NCBI RefSeq assembly: GCF_036365525.1
Contig: NC_090393.1
Span: 54,576,488 to 54,640,487, forward strand
Length of the DNA: 64,000 nucleotides
DNA from: Heterodontus francisci
Taxonomy: Eukaryota
Direction of reading: 5' to 3'
Below, piece by piece: positions 23,035-36,822 of this stretch. The position numbers and the translations under genes were made by a program. Numbering within the stretch: the stretch's first letter is position 1; every line of letters starts with the position of its first letter. A model generated the notes under the pieces. The model searched no databases and had not been told where the DNA came from. It saw nothing but the letters and a program-made list of their open reading frames with translations.

Positions 23035-25958
23035 GGAAACTGGACGGACCACCTGGCATTGATCTAGGCATCGGAAATGACAATGGCAAACCCAGTCCTG
23101 TCGACCCTGCAAAGTCCACATTACTAACATCTGGGAGCTTGTGCCAAAGTGGGAGAGCTGTCCCACAGACTAGTCAAGCAACAGCCTGACATAGTCATAC
23201 TCACGGAATCATACCTTACAGACAATGTCCCAGACACCAGCATCACAATCCCCAGGTATGTCCTGTCCCACCGGCAGGACAAACCCAGCAGAGGTGGTGG
23301 CACAGTGGTATACAGTTGGGATGGAGTTGCCCTGGGAGTCCTCAACATCGACTCTGGACCCCATGAAGTCTCATGGCAACAGGTCAAACATGGGCAAGGA
23401 AACCTCCTGCTGATTACCACCTACCACCCTCCTTCAGCTGATGAATCAGTACTCCTCCATGTTGAACACCACTTGGAGGAAGCACAGAGGGTGGCAAAGG
23501 TGCTGAATGTACTCTAGGTGTACTCTAGACCTCAATGTCTAACACCAAGACGGCTCGGTAGCACCACGACTGACCAAGCTGGCCGAGTCCTAAAGGACAC
23601 AGCTGTGAGACTGGGTCTGCGGCAGGTGATGAGGGAACAACAAGAGGGAAAAACATGACCTCGTCCTCACCAATCTGCTTGCCGCAGATGCATCTGTCCA
23701 TGACAGTATTGGTAGGAGTGACCACCACACTGTCCTTGTGGAGATGAAGTCCCATCTTCACATTGAGGATACCCTCCATTGTGTTGTGTGGCACTACCAC
23801 CTTGCTGAATGGGATAGATTTCGAACAGATCTAGCAATGCAAAACTGGACGGCTATGACGCGCTGTGGGCCATCAGTAGCAGCAGAATTGTACTCAACCA
23901 CAATCTGTAACCTCATGGCCCGGCATATCCCCCACTCTACCATTACCGTCAAGCCAGGAGACCAACCCTGGTTCAATGAAGAGAGTAGGAGGGCATGCCA
24001 GGAGCAGCACCAGACAGACCTCAAAATGAGGTGTCAACCTGGTGAAACTACAACCCAGGACTACTTGTGTGCCAAACTGTGTAAGCAGCATGCGATAGAC
24101 AGAGCTAGGCAATCCCATAACCAACGGATCAGATCTAAGTTCTGCAATCCTGCCACATCCAGTCGTGAATGGTGGTGGACAATTAAACAACTAACTGGAG
24201 GAGGTGGCTCCACAAATATCCCCATCCTCAATGATGGGGGAGCCCAGCACATCAATGCAAAGGATAAGGCTGAAGCATTTGCAACAATCTTCAGCCAGAA
24301 GTGCCGAGTTGATGATCCATCTTGGCCCCCTCCTGACGTCCCCAGCATCACAGATGCCAGACTTCAGCCAATTCAGTTCACTCCACGTGATATCAAGAAA
24401 CGAATGAAGGCACTGGATACTGCAAAGGCTATGGGCCCTGACAATGTTCCGGCAATAATACTGATGACCTGTGCTCCAGAACTTGCCACACCCCTAGCCA
24501 AGCTGTTCCAGTACAGCTGCAACACTGGTATGCACCCGGCGATATGGAAAATTGCTCAGGTATGTCCTGTACACACAAAGCAGGACAAGTCAAGCCTGGC
24601 CAATTACCGCCCCATCAGTCTACACTCAATCATCAGTAAAGTGATGGAAGGTGTCATCAACAGTGCTATCAAGCAGCACTTGCTTAGCAATAACCTGCTC
24701 AGTGACGCTCAGTTTGGGTTCCGCCAGGGCTACTCAGCTCCTGACCGCATTACGGCCTTGGTTCAAACATGGACAAAAGAGCTGAACTCAAGAGGTGAGG
24801 TGAGAATGACTGCCCTTGACATCAAAGCAGCATTTGACCAATTATGGCATCAAGGAGCCCTAGCAAAACTGAAGTCAATGGGAATCAGTGGGGAAACTCT
24901 TCGCTGGTTGGAGTCATATCAAGTGCAAAGGAAGATGGTTGTGGTTGTTGGAGGTCAATCATCGCAGCTCCAGGACATCACTGCAGGAGATCCTCAGGGT
25001 AGTGTCCTAGGCCCAACCATCTTCAGCTGCTTCATCAATGACCTTCCTTCAATTATAATGGGGATGTTCGCTGATGATTGCACAATGTTCAGCATCATTT
25101 GCGACTCTTCAGTTACTAAAGCAGTCCGTGTCGAAATTCAGCACGACCTGGACAATATTCAGGCTTGAGATGATAAGTGGCAAGTAACATTCATGCCACA
25201 CAAGTGCCAGGCAATGACTATCTCCAACAAGAGAGAATCTAACCATCTCCCCTTGACATTCAATTGCATTGCCATCGCTGAATCCCCCACTATCAACATC
25301 CTGGGGATTACCATTGACCAGAAACTGAACTGCAGTAGCCATATAAATACTGTGACTATAAGAGCATGTCAAAGGCTAGGACTCCTGCGGTGAGTAACTC
25401 ACCTCCTGACTCCCCAAAGCCAGTCCACCATCTACAAGGCACAAGTCAGGAGTATGATGGAATACTCTCCACTTGCCTCGATGGGTGCAGCTCCAACAAC
25501 AGCCAACACCATCCAGGACAAAGCAGCCTGCTTGATTGGCACCCCATCCACAAACATTCACTCCGTCCACCACTGACGCACAGTGGCAGCAGTGTGTACC
25601 ATCTACATGATGCACTGCAGCAATGCACCAAGGCTCCTTAGACAGCACCTTCCAAACCCGCGACCTCTACCAACTAGAAGGGCAAGGGCAGCAAATGCAT
25701 GGGAACACCACCACCTGCAAGTTCCCCTCCAAGTCACACACCATCCTGACTTGGAACTATATCACCATTCCTTCACTGTCGCTGGGTCAAAATCCTGGAA
25801 CTCCCTTCCTAACAGCACTGTGGGTATACCTACCTCACATGGACTGCAGTGGTTCAAGAAGGCAGCTCACCACCACCTTCTCAAGGGCAATTAGGGATGA
25901 GCAATAAATTCTGGCCTGGCCAACGATGCCCACATCCCATAAATGAATAAAAAAAACA
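23035..25958 (+). mobile_element. CR1-clade LINE family B copy, lacking the tRNA-like head
   Basis: ORFs 23149-23517 and 23738-25168 are highly similar to the 8681-16286 copy. It has the same 3' tail plus an A-run. Confidence 0.92.
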
Positions 25959-27555
25959 TAGCTACATAAAGTGCTAAAAGAAGCAACACATTTAATTAAG
26001 ATCGTAAATACTTCATTCAAAACACTGGGATTCATTTCTCGGAGAATAGGGAGCTAAAATTAAATTATGCCGAACCTACCTATGTTTGACCACACTCGGA
26101 ATACTGTGCACATTAATATGTATGGTTTGGCAATTATGTAAAGTAAAAGATAAAGAGAAGGTTTAAAAAGGTTTTTCTCTGATTGGTGGGCTGTGGAAAA
26201 TTGCATTTTCCTGGGATCTGTATTGGAATCTCAGCTTTTTACATGTAAGGAAATGAGTTGCATGTAGGCATATAGTGTTCGACATCAAAGTTTCCTGATA
26301 CCGTTAAGTTAAGAGATGTGGTAACTTGTGTTGTAAGGAGCAGGAAACTACATAGGTAGATCAAGTAAATTGAGAAACCATTGGCAAACGGAATTCAATG
26401 CCAGGATGTGTGATCTGAGAAAGACAAATCAGAATATTTCCTTAATACTGAAAGATTAGGAGCTATGGAGGAAGCAAAGGGATTTAGGTGATCATGTGCA
26501 CAAATCATTAATAGTTAGTGCATAAGTACAATAAGTAACCCAAAAGGTAAATGGGATGTTAACCTTTTTCCTAAGGGCAATGGAATTTAAAAGTGAGGAA
26601 GTAATGCTTCAGTTATACACAGTCATTGGCAGATTCTATCTGGAGTATTACATCCCGAAGCTCAGTAAATATATGTTGGCCTTGAAAGGGATACAAGGCG
26701 GATTCGTCGGATTGTTCTAGGCCTTTAAAGCATTCAGTTATAAGGTAAGGTTGCATAAATGTGGCTTGTATTCCCTGAAATTTAGAAGATTGACGGGTAA
26801 TATAATCTAATTATTTAAATGATTCAAAGATTCAATAGGATAAATATAGAGAAACTACTTCTCTCATAGGGAATCCAAAACTAAAGGATATAACCTTAAG
26901 ATTACAGCCGGTTAATTTAGGAGTGATGTCAGGAAGCATTTTTGACAAAAAGTTGAGTGATAATATGGACCTTATTCTATCAAAAGGCTGTGGATGCTGA
27001 GTCCATTGAAACTTTTATGACAGAGATGGATAGGTTTTTTTAGGTAAGGATACCATGGGATATGGAACAAAAGTAGGCAAATGGAGTTGAGGTACAGAAC
27101 ACCTTAGATCTAATGAATGCTGGAACAGACTGAACTGGCTAAATGATCTACTCTGTTGAGATGCTTCTATTGTCATGGAGCCATAGAGTTATTATGGCAT
27201 AGAAGGTGGCTATTCCGTATATCGAGTCAATGCTGGCTCTTTGTAGAGCAATCCAGTCGGTCCCATTCCCCTGCTCTATCCTCTTAGCCCTGCAAGTTTA
27301 TTTCCCTCATGTGCCCATCCAATTTCCTTTTGAAATGATTGATTGTTCCTGCTTCAAACTCACTTGCAGGCAGCAGGTTCCCAGTCATTGCCACTCGCTA
27401 GGTAAAAAAGTTCATCTTCACATCCCTGAATGTCTCACAACAAAAACTTAAATTGTGTCCCTTGTCCTTGTGCCATCAGCTAATGGGAACAACTTTTCTT
27501 TTTTTAAACCTATCTGAACCTGTACGCCTCTATCAGATTGTCCCTCAACCGTCCT

Positions 27556-29419
27556 TTTTTTAAAATTCATTCATGGGATGTAGGCGTTGCTAGCCAGGCC
27601 AGCATTTATTGCCCATCCCTAATTGCCCTTGAGAAGGTGGTGGTGAGCTGCCTTCTTCAACCGCTGCAGTCCATGTGAAATAGGTACACCCACAGTGCTG
27701 TTAGGAAGGGAGTTCCATGATTTTGACCCAGCGACAGTGAAGGAACGGCGATATAGTTCCAAGTCAGGATGGTGTGTGACTTGGAGGGGAACTTGCAGGT
27801 GGTGGTGTTCCATGTATTTGCTGCCCTTGTCCTTCTAGTTGGTAGAGGTCGCAGGTTTGGAAGGTGCTGTCTAAGACGCCTTGGTGCATTGCTGCAGTGC
27901 ATCTTGTAGATGGTACACACTGCTGCCACTGTGCGTCAGTGGTGGAGGGAGTGAATGTTTGTTGATGGGGTGCCAATCAAGCAGGCTGCTTTGTCCTGGA
28001 TGGTGTCAAGCTTCTTGAGTGTTGTTGGAGCTGCACCCATCCAGGCAAGTGGAGAGTATTCCATCACACTCCTGACTTGTGCCTTGTAGATGGTGGACAG
28101 GATTTGGTGAGCCAAGAGGTGAGTTACTCGCCTCAGGATTCCTAGCCTTTGACCTGCTCTTGTAGCCACGGTATTTATATGGCTACTCCAGTTCAGTTTC
28201 TGGTCAATGGTAGCCCCTAGGATGTTGATAGTGGGGGATTCAGCGATGGTAATGCGGTTGAATGTCAAGGGGAGATGGTTAGATTCTGTCTTGTTGGAGA
28301 TGGTCATTGCCTGGCACTTGTGTGGCGCGAATGTTACTTGCCACTTTTCATGCCAAGCCTGGATATTGTCCATGTCTTGCTGCATTTTGACACGGACTGC
28401 TTCAGTATCTGAGGAGTCACGAATGCTGCTGAACATTGTGCAATCATCAGCGAACGTCCCCACTTCTGACCTTATGATTGAAGGAAGGTCATTGATGAAG
28501 CAGCTGAAGATGGTTGGGCCTAGGACACTACCCTGAGGAACTCCTGCAGTGATGTCCTGGAGCTCAGATGATTGACCTCCAACAACCACAACCATCTTCC
28601 TTTGTGTGAGGTATGACTCCAGCCAGCAGAGAGTTTTCCCACTGATTCCCATTGACCTCAGTTTTGCTAGGGCTCCTTGATGCCATACTCGGTCAAATGC
28701 TGCCTTGATGTCAAGGGCAGTCACTCTCACCTCACCTCTGGAGTTCAGCTCTTTTGTCCATGTTTGAATCAAGGCTGTAATGAGGTCAGGAGCTGAGTGG
28801 CCCTGGCGGAACCCAAACTGAGTGTCACTGAGCAGGTTATTGCTAAGCAAGTGCCGCTTGATGGCACTGTTGATGACACCTTCCATCACTTTACTGATGA
28901 TTGAGAGTAGGCTGATGGGGCGGTAGTTGGCCAGGTTCGACTTGTCCTGCTTTTTGTGTATAGGACATACCTAGGCAATTTTCCACAGTGCAGGGTAGAT
29001 GCCAGTGTTGTAGCTGTACTGGAACAGCTTGGCTAGGGGCGTGGCAAGTTCTGGAGCACAGGTCTTCAGTACTATTGCCGAAATATTGTCAGAGCCCATA
29101 GCATTTGCAGTATCTAGTGCTTTCAGTCATTTCTTGATATCATGCGGAGTGAATCGAATTGGCTGAAGTCTGGCATCTGTGCTGCTGGGGACGTCAGGAG
29201 GATGCCGAGATGGATCATCAACTCGGCACTTCTGGCTGAAGATTGTTGCAAATGCTTCAGCCTTATCTTTCGCACTGATGTGCTGGGCTCCCCCATCATT
29301 GAGGATGGGGATATTTGTGGAGCCACCTCCTCCAGTTAGTTGTTTAATTGTCCACCAACCTTCATGGCTGGATGTGGCAGGACTGCGGATCTTAGATCTG
29401 CTCCGTTGGTTATGGGATC
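27556..29419 (-). mobile_element. CR1-clade LINE family B copy, 5'-truncated, inserted in an older minus-strand CR1
   Basis: RT ORF 27936-28889 (GVPQGSVLGP, FADD). The tail is at ~27556-27630. Confidence 0.92.
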
Positions 29420-29814
29420 GCTCCAAGGAGAACAACCCCAGCTCCTCTAACCTCACCTTGCAGTGAAAATCCTTCATCTCTGGAACCATTCTGGTAAATC
29501 TCCTCTACACCCTATTGAGGATCTTCACATTCTTCCTAAGGTGTGGTGCCAGAACTGAGTGCAGTACGCTAGTTGTGGTCTAACCAGAGCTTTATAAAGG
29601 TTCCGCATAACTTTGTTTGCTTTTTCACTCAATACTTCTGTGAAGCCCAAGATCACAGGTGCTTTGCTAACTACTCTCTCAGTATATCCTGACACCTTCA
29701 ATGATCTGTGCACATGAACCCCCAGGTTCCTCTGTCCCTGCACATTCAGAACTGTGCCATTAAATATATATTGCCTCTCCCTATCCCTTCTGCCAAAGTG
29801 AAATTCTACAGACA

Positions 29815-31890
29815 CAGTGTGGGCATATGTCCACAAACATAAAGGGTGGTCGGGCCAAATCTAGAGCCCCCTGGTTATCTAGAGGCTTACAGGGGATGTT
29901 GAAACAGAAAAAGAAAGCTTATGATGATCACAAAAAAACGTAATACTTTAGAAAGCCTAGAGGAGTATAGAAAGTGCAGGGCTGAAGTACAAAAGGAAAT
30001 TAGAAAAGCAAAGAGAGGATATGAAAATATATTGGCAGGTAAAATCAAGGAAAACCCAAAGACGTTTTATCAGTAAATTAAGAACAAGAGGATAATTAAG
30101 GAAAGGGTAGGGCCTATCAGAGATGTACAAGGGAACTTACATGTGGATGCAGATGATGTGGGCAGGGTTCTTAATGGTTTTTTTGCCTCTGCCTTCACAA
30201 AGGAGAGGGATGATACAGACATTGTAGTAAAAGATGAGGAGTGTAAAATATTAGACACGATTAATTTAATGAGAGAAGTACTAGATGGTCTGACATCCTT
30301 GAAAGTGGATAAATCACCAGGGCTGGATCAATTGCATCCCAGGTTGTTAAAGAAAGCCATGGAGGAAATAGCAGATGTGCTGAGGATCATCTTGAAATCC
30401 TCACTAGATATGAGTGATGTACCAGAGGATTGGAGGTCTGCGAACGTTATACCATTATTTAAAAAGGCTGTGAGGGATAGGCCAAATAATTATTGGCTAC
30501 TCAGTCTGACCTCGGTGGTGGGTAAAGTATTAGAATCAATTCTGAGGGACAGGATAAACTGCCACTTAGAAAGGCATGGACCGTTAAGGGATAGTCAGCA
30601 TGGGTTTGTTAAGGGAAGGCCATGTCTTACTAACGTAATTGAATTCTTTGAGGAAGTAACAAGGAGGATTGATGAGGGTAGTGCAGTGGATGTGGTCCAC
30701 ATGGATTTTAGTAAGGCATTTGACAAGGTCCCACATGGCAGACTGGTCAGTAAAATGAAAGCCCATGGGATACAGGGGAATGTGGCAGGTTGGATCCAAA
30801 ATTGGCTTAGTGACAGGAAGCAAAGGGTAGTAGTCGACAAATGTTTTTGTGAATGGAAAGCTATTTCCAGTGGCATTCCACAAGGCTCAGTATTGGGTCC
30901 CTTGCTGTTTCTGGTATATATTAATGATTTGGACTTAAATGTGGGAGGCATGATTGGGAAATTTGCTGATGACACAAAAATTGGTCATGCAGTTGATAGT
31001 GAAGAGGATAGCTGTAGACTCCAGAATGATATCAATGGTTTGGTCGAGTGGGTGGAAAAGTGGCAAATGGAATTCAATCTGAAGAAGTGTGATGTAATGC
31101 ACTTGGAGAGGGCAAATAAAGCGAGGGAATACACAATAAACGGGAGGATATTGAGAGGGGTAGAAGAAGTGAGAGACCTTGGAGTGCATGTCCACAGGTC
31201 CCTAAAGGTGGCAGAACAGGTAGACAGAGTGGTGAAGAAGGCAGATGGAATATTTTCCTTTATTGGCTGAAGTATAGAATACAAAAGCAGGGATGTAATG
31301 CTGGGACTGTATAAACGCTGGTTCGGCCACAGTTGGAATATTGCGTACAGTTCTGGTCACCATATTACAGGAAGGATATAGTTACTCTAGAGAGAGTGCA
31401 GAGGAGATTTACAAGAATGTTGCCAGGGCTTGAAAGTTGCAGCTGTGAGAAAAGATTGGCTAGGCTAGGGTTGTTTTCCTTCGAATAGAGGAGGCTGAGG
31501 GGTGACTTAATTGAGGTGTACAAAATTATGAGGGGCCTAGATAGAGTAGACAGGAACGATCTGTTTCCCCTTGCAGAGAGGTCAATTACCAGTGGCACAG
31601 ATTTCAGTTAATTGGTAGAAGGATTAGAGGGGACATGAGGAAAAACTTTTTCACCCAGAGGGTGGTGGGTGTCTGGAATTCATTGCCAGGAATGGTGGTG
31701 GAGGCAGAAACCCTCAATTCTTTTAAAATGTACCTGGACATGCACCTGACGTGCTGTAACCTGAAAAGCTATGGACCAAGTGCTGGAAGGTGGAATTAGA
31801 TTGGGCAGCTAGTTTTTCAGCCAACACGGACATGACAGGCTAAATGGCCTCCTTCTCAGATCAAATTTTTCTATGGTTCTATGGTTCTAA
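29815..31890 (+). mobile_element. CR1 LINE (family A-related), 5'-truncated
   Basis: RT ORF 30143-31270 and a (TTCTATGG)n tail at ~31870-31890. Confidence 0.88.
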
Positions 31891-32599
31891 AATGCATCAT
31901 CTGACATTGCTTTGTATTAAATTTCATCTACTGCTTGACTGCCTATTCTGCTAGCCTATCTAGGTCCTGTTGTAGTCAATTGGTATCATCCTCACTCTTT
32001 GCCACATCTCCAAGTTTGGTATCATTGGCAAATTTTGAAATTTTACTCTGTATTCCAAGATCCAAGTAATTTATACATATAAAAAAAAAGTGTTGTCATA
32101 GCACTGATCCTTGGGGACACCTTCCTCCTGTCTGAAAAACAACCATCTACCACAACTCACTGTTTCCTGTCCTTAGACCCCTTCTTGAACATTTGCCACC
32201 TCTGGCACCTCCTTCATACCTAAGGAATATTGGGAGGTTATGACAAGCCCTTCCGCTATCTCCACTCCCACTTCCATTAGCAATGTGGAATGCAAACTAT
32301 CTGGGCCTGGTGACGCATGCACTCTAAGCATATCCAGCCTTTCCAGTACATCCTGCCTATCAATTTTCACCCCATCCATTACCTCTACCATCACTGCTTC
32401 TACCAATATTTTGTCACCATCATCTTCCTTAGTGAACACTGATACAAAGTATTCAATAAGCGTTGTAGCCTTGCCCTGCACCTCTAACATATATCACCTT
32501 TTTTGTCCCTAATAGGCCTCAATCTGCCTCTTACTACCCGTTATTTACATGCCGGTAGAAGATTTTTGGGAGCCCTTTTATGTTAACTGTCACTCTCGC

Positions 32600-33837
32600 C
32601 TCAACACTGGAACTTAGCTCTCTTGTCCACGTTTGGACCAAGCCTGTAATTAGGTCTGGAGCTGAGTGAGCATCAGTAAGCAGGTTATTGGTAAGTACAT
32701 ACTACTTGATAGCATTGTCGACAACACCTTCCATCACTTTGCTGATGATTGAGAATACACTGATGGGTCAGTAATTGACCAGGTTGATTAGCCCTGCTTT
32801 TGCTTGACAGGACATACCCGGGCAATTGGTAGTTGTCAGTGTTGTATCTGTCACTGGGACAGCTTGCTGTATTTCTTGACATCATATGGAATGAACCTAA
32901 TTGGCTGAAGCCTGACATTTTTTTTATTAATTTCATAGGATGTGGGCTTTACAGGCAAGACCAGCATTTATTGCCCATCCCTAAATGCCCTTGAGAAGGT
33001 GGCAGTGAGCTGCCTTTTTGGACCGCTGCAGTCCATCTGGTGTGGGTACACCCACAGTGCTGTTAGGGAGGGAGTTCCAGAATTTTGATCCAGTGACAGT
33101 GAAGGAACAGTGATATAGTTCCAAGACAGGATGGTTTGTGGCTTGGAGGGGATCTTGGAGATAGAGGTGTTCCTATGCGTCTGCTGTCCTTTTCCTAGGT
33201 GGAAGTGGTCGTGGGTTTGGAAAGTGCTGTTGAAGGAGATGTGGTGAGTTGCTGCAGTGCATCTTGTATATGGGGCACACTGCTGTCACTGTGTACCAGT
33301 GGTAGATGGGGTGTTGATCAAGCAGGCTGCTTTGTCCTGGAGGGCATTTCTGAGTGTTGTTGGAGCAGTACTCATCCAGTCAAATGGAGAGTATTCCATC
33401 AGATTCCTTACTTGTGCCTTGTTGATGGTGGCCAGGCATGGGGAATCAGGAGGTGGGTTACTCGCTGTATTTCCATTGAATGTCAAGGGGAGGTGATTAG
33501 ATTCTTTCTTGTTGGAGAATGTCATTGTCTGGCGCTTGTGTGGCGTCAATGTTTCTTGCCACTTAACAGCTCAAGCCTGAATGTTGTACAGGTCTAACTG
33601 CATATGGATATGGACAGCTTTAGTATCTATGATGGTTGCGACCTCAGGAGGAGGCTGAGAAGGGCTGGCACTTCAGGCTGAAGATTGTTGTAAATGCTTC
33701 ACCCTTGTGTTTTGCACTCACATGCTGCGTTTCTCCCGCATTGAGGATTAGAATAGAAATGAAGCATCCTCCTCCCATTACTTGTTCACTTATTTACCAC
33801 CATTCACAACTATATTGGGCAGGACTGCAGAGTTTGA
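32600..33837 (-). mobile_element. Degenerate, rearranged family-B-like CR1 fragments
   Basis: Reverse-complement tail at ~32930-33000 and decayed RT pieces (KAQVRNLMEYSP, QDKAACLI). Confidence 0.7.
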
Positions 33838-35446
33838 TTCACTCGATTCACTCCGCGTGATATCAAGAAACGACTGAAGGCACTGGATACTGCAAATGCT
33901 ATGGGCTCTGACAATATTTCGGCAATAGTACTGAAGACCTGTGCTCCAGAACTTGCCGCGCCCCTAGCCAAGCTGTTCCAGTACAGCTACAACACTGGCA
34001 TCTACCCTGCAATGTGGAAAATTGCCCAGGTATGTCCTGTACACAAAAAGCAGGACAAGTCCAACCCGGCCAATTACCGCCCCATCAGCCTACTCTCAAT
34101 CATCAGTAAAGTGATGGAAGGTGTCATCAACAGTGTCATCAAGTGGCACTTGCTTTGCAATAACCTGCTCAGTGATGCTCAGTTTGGGTTCCGCCAGGGC
34201 CACTCAGCTCCCGACCGCATTACAGCCTTGGTTCAAACATGGACAAAAGAGCTGAACTCAACAGGTGAAGTGAGAGTGACTGTCCTTGATATCAAGGCAG
34301 CATTTGACCGAGTATGGCATCAAGGAGCCCTAGCAAAACTGAGATCAATGGGAATCAGTGGGAAAACTCTCTGCTGGTTGGAGTCATACCTCACACAAAG
34401 GAAGATGGTTGTGGTTGTTGGAGGTCAATCATCTGAGCTCCAGGACATCACTGCAGGAGTTCCTCAGGGTAGTGTCCTAGGCCCAACCATCTTCAGCTGC
34501 TTCATCAATCAATATGATTCCTTCAATCATAAGGTCAGAAGTGGGGATGTTCGCTGATGATTGCACAATATTTAGCACCATTTGTGACTCCTCAGATACT
34601 GAAGCAGTCCTTGTAGAAATGCAGCAAGACCTGGACAATATCCAGGCTTGGGCTGATAAGTGGCAAGTAACATTCGTGCCACACAAGTGCCAGGCAATGA
34701 CCATCTCCAACAAAAGAGAATCTAACCATCTCCCCTTGATATTCAATGGCAATACCATCGCTGAATCCCCCACTATCAACATCCTAGGGGCTACCATTGA
34801 CAAACTGAACTGGAGTAGCCATATAAATACCGTGGCTACAAGAGCAGGTCAGAGGCTAGGAATCCTGCGGCGAGTAACTCAACTCCTGACTCCCCAAAGC
34901 CTGTCCAACAACTACAAGGCACAAGTCAGGAGTGTGATGGAATACTCTCCACTTGCCTGGATGGGTGCAGCTCCAACAACACTCAAGAAGCTCAACACCA
35001 TCCAGGACAAAGCAGCCTGCTTGATTGGCACCCCATCTACAAACATTCACTCCCTCCACCGCTGATGCAGAGTGGCAGTGGTGTGTACCATCTACATGAT
35101 GCACTGCAGCAATGCACCAAGGCTCCTTAGACAGCACCTTCCAAACCCACGACCTCTACCAACTAGAAGGGCAAGGGCAGCAAATACATGGAACACCACC
35201 ACCTGCAAGTTCCCCTCCAAGTCACACACCATCCTGACTTGGAACTATATCACCATTCCTTCACTGTCGCTGGGTCAAAATCCTAGAACTCCCATCCTAA
35301 CAGCACTGTGGGTATACCTAGCCCAAATGGACTGCAGCGGTTCAAGAAGGCAGCTCACCAGCACCTTCTCAAGGGAAATTATGGATGGGCAATAAATGCT
35401 GCCCTGGTCAGCGATGCCCACATCCCTGAATGAATAATAAAAAAAA
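33838..35446 (+). mobile_element. CR1-clade LINE family B copy, 5'-truncated
   Basis: ORFs 33901-34557 and 34514-35065, with a 3' tail ending TGAATGAATAATAAAAAAAA. Confidence 0.92.
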
Positions 35447-35880
35447 CAAAGTAATTCATGACAACGCTACTTCATCGGACACGTCATCAGGATGTGCCGC
35501 GGTGCGCACATGCGCAGACGGTCTCATGCCCCTTGCGCATGCGCTGCGGTCCGGCTGACCAGGACCGCTTTGCGCATGCACAGATGACATGGTACGCGCA
35601 TGCGCGCACAGTCTCCTCATCTCTGCGCATGCGCTGCGGTCCGACCTGCCAGGACCGTTGTGCGCATGTGTAGATGACGTCATTGCGTTATTTCGTCTTC
35701 CTCGCTGACGCGCCAATTTGGCCTCTGCGCATGCGTCAAAGCTTCGGCGCCACTTTTTGAAAGTGGAAGGAGGGGAGGTTTCTCGCATTTTATCTGAATT
35801 ATTTATTCGTTTTGGAGACTTGCTTCATTTTTAATTGACACAGGAGATTGTTCGAAGGTAAGTTGCTCTGCCTTTGTATG

Positions 35881-36820
35881 TTGCTCTGAAAACATTTCCA
35901 TTGTCTGGGCCACCGCATGTTCTCCAGTCCCTGTTGTGAGTTGCTCTGAAAACATTTCCATTGGCTGGGCCACTGCATGTGCTCCAGTCCCTGTTGTAAA
36001 TTGCTCTGAAAACATTTCCATTGTCTGGGCCACCGCATGTTCTCCAGTCCCTGTTGTAAATTGCTCTGAAAACATTTCCATTGTCTGGGCCACCGCATGC
36101 TCTCCAGTCCCTGTTGTGAGTTGCTCTGAAAACATTTCCATTGTCTGGGCCACCGCATGCTCTCCAGTCCCTGCTGTAAGTTGCTCTGAAAACATTTCCA
36201 TTGGCTGGGCCACTGCATGTGCTCCAGTCCCTGTTGTAAATTGCTCTGAAAACATTTCCATTGTCTGGGCCACCGCATGCTCTCCAGTCCCTGTTGTGAG
36301 TTGCTCTGAAAACATTTCCATTGTCTGGGCCACCGCATGTTCTCCAGTCCCTGTTGTGAGTTGCTCTGAAAACATTTCCATTGGCTGGGCCACTGCATGT
36401 GCTCCAGTCCCTGTTGTAAATTGCTCTGAAAACATTTCCATTGTCTGGGCCACCGCATGTTCTCCAGTCCCTGTTGTAAATTGCTCTGAAAACATTTCCA
36501 TTGTCTGGGCCACCGCATGCTCTCCAGTCCCTGTTGTGAGTTGCTCTGAAAACATTTCCATTGTCTGGGCCACCGCATGCTCTCCAGTCCCTGCTGTAAG
36601 TTGCTCTGAAAACATTTCCATTGGCTGGGCCACTGCATGTGCTCCAGTCCCTGTTGTAAATTGCTCTGAAAACATTTCCATTGTCTGGGCCACCGCATGC
36701 TCTCCAGTCCCTGTTGTGAGTTGCTCTGAAAACATTTCCATTGTCTGGGCCACCGCATGTTCTCCAGTCCCTGCTGTAAGTTGCTCTGAAAACATTTCCA
36801 TTGTCTGGGCCACCGCATGT
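35881..36820. repeat. 60-bp minisatellite, 15 full units plus 40 nt, with a 7-unit higher-order repeat
   Basis: Unit TTGCTCTGAAAACATTTCCATTGKCTGGGCCACYGCATGYKCTCCAGTCCCTGYTGTRAR. 35881-36300 is identical to 36301-36720. Confidence 0.98.
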
Positions 36821-36822
36821 AG

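Noticed and set aside
23035-29419. Large inverted repeat suggesting a composite transposon or foldback element
   Set aside because: These are two independent family-B LINE copies in opposite orientation with different truncation points, each inserted in different older sequence.
29813-29841. RSS-like CACAGTG plus 13 nt plus ACAAACATA
   Set aside because: The nonamer is poor, it lies at a CR1/CR1 junction, and there is no adjacent V or J segment.
35881-36820. CRISPR-like appearance of the regular array
   Set aside because: The units are contiguous near-identical repeats with no unique spacers, there are no cas genes, and the context is vertebrate.
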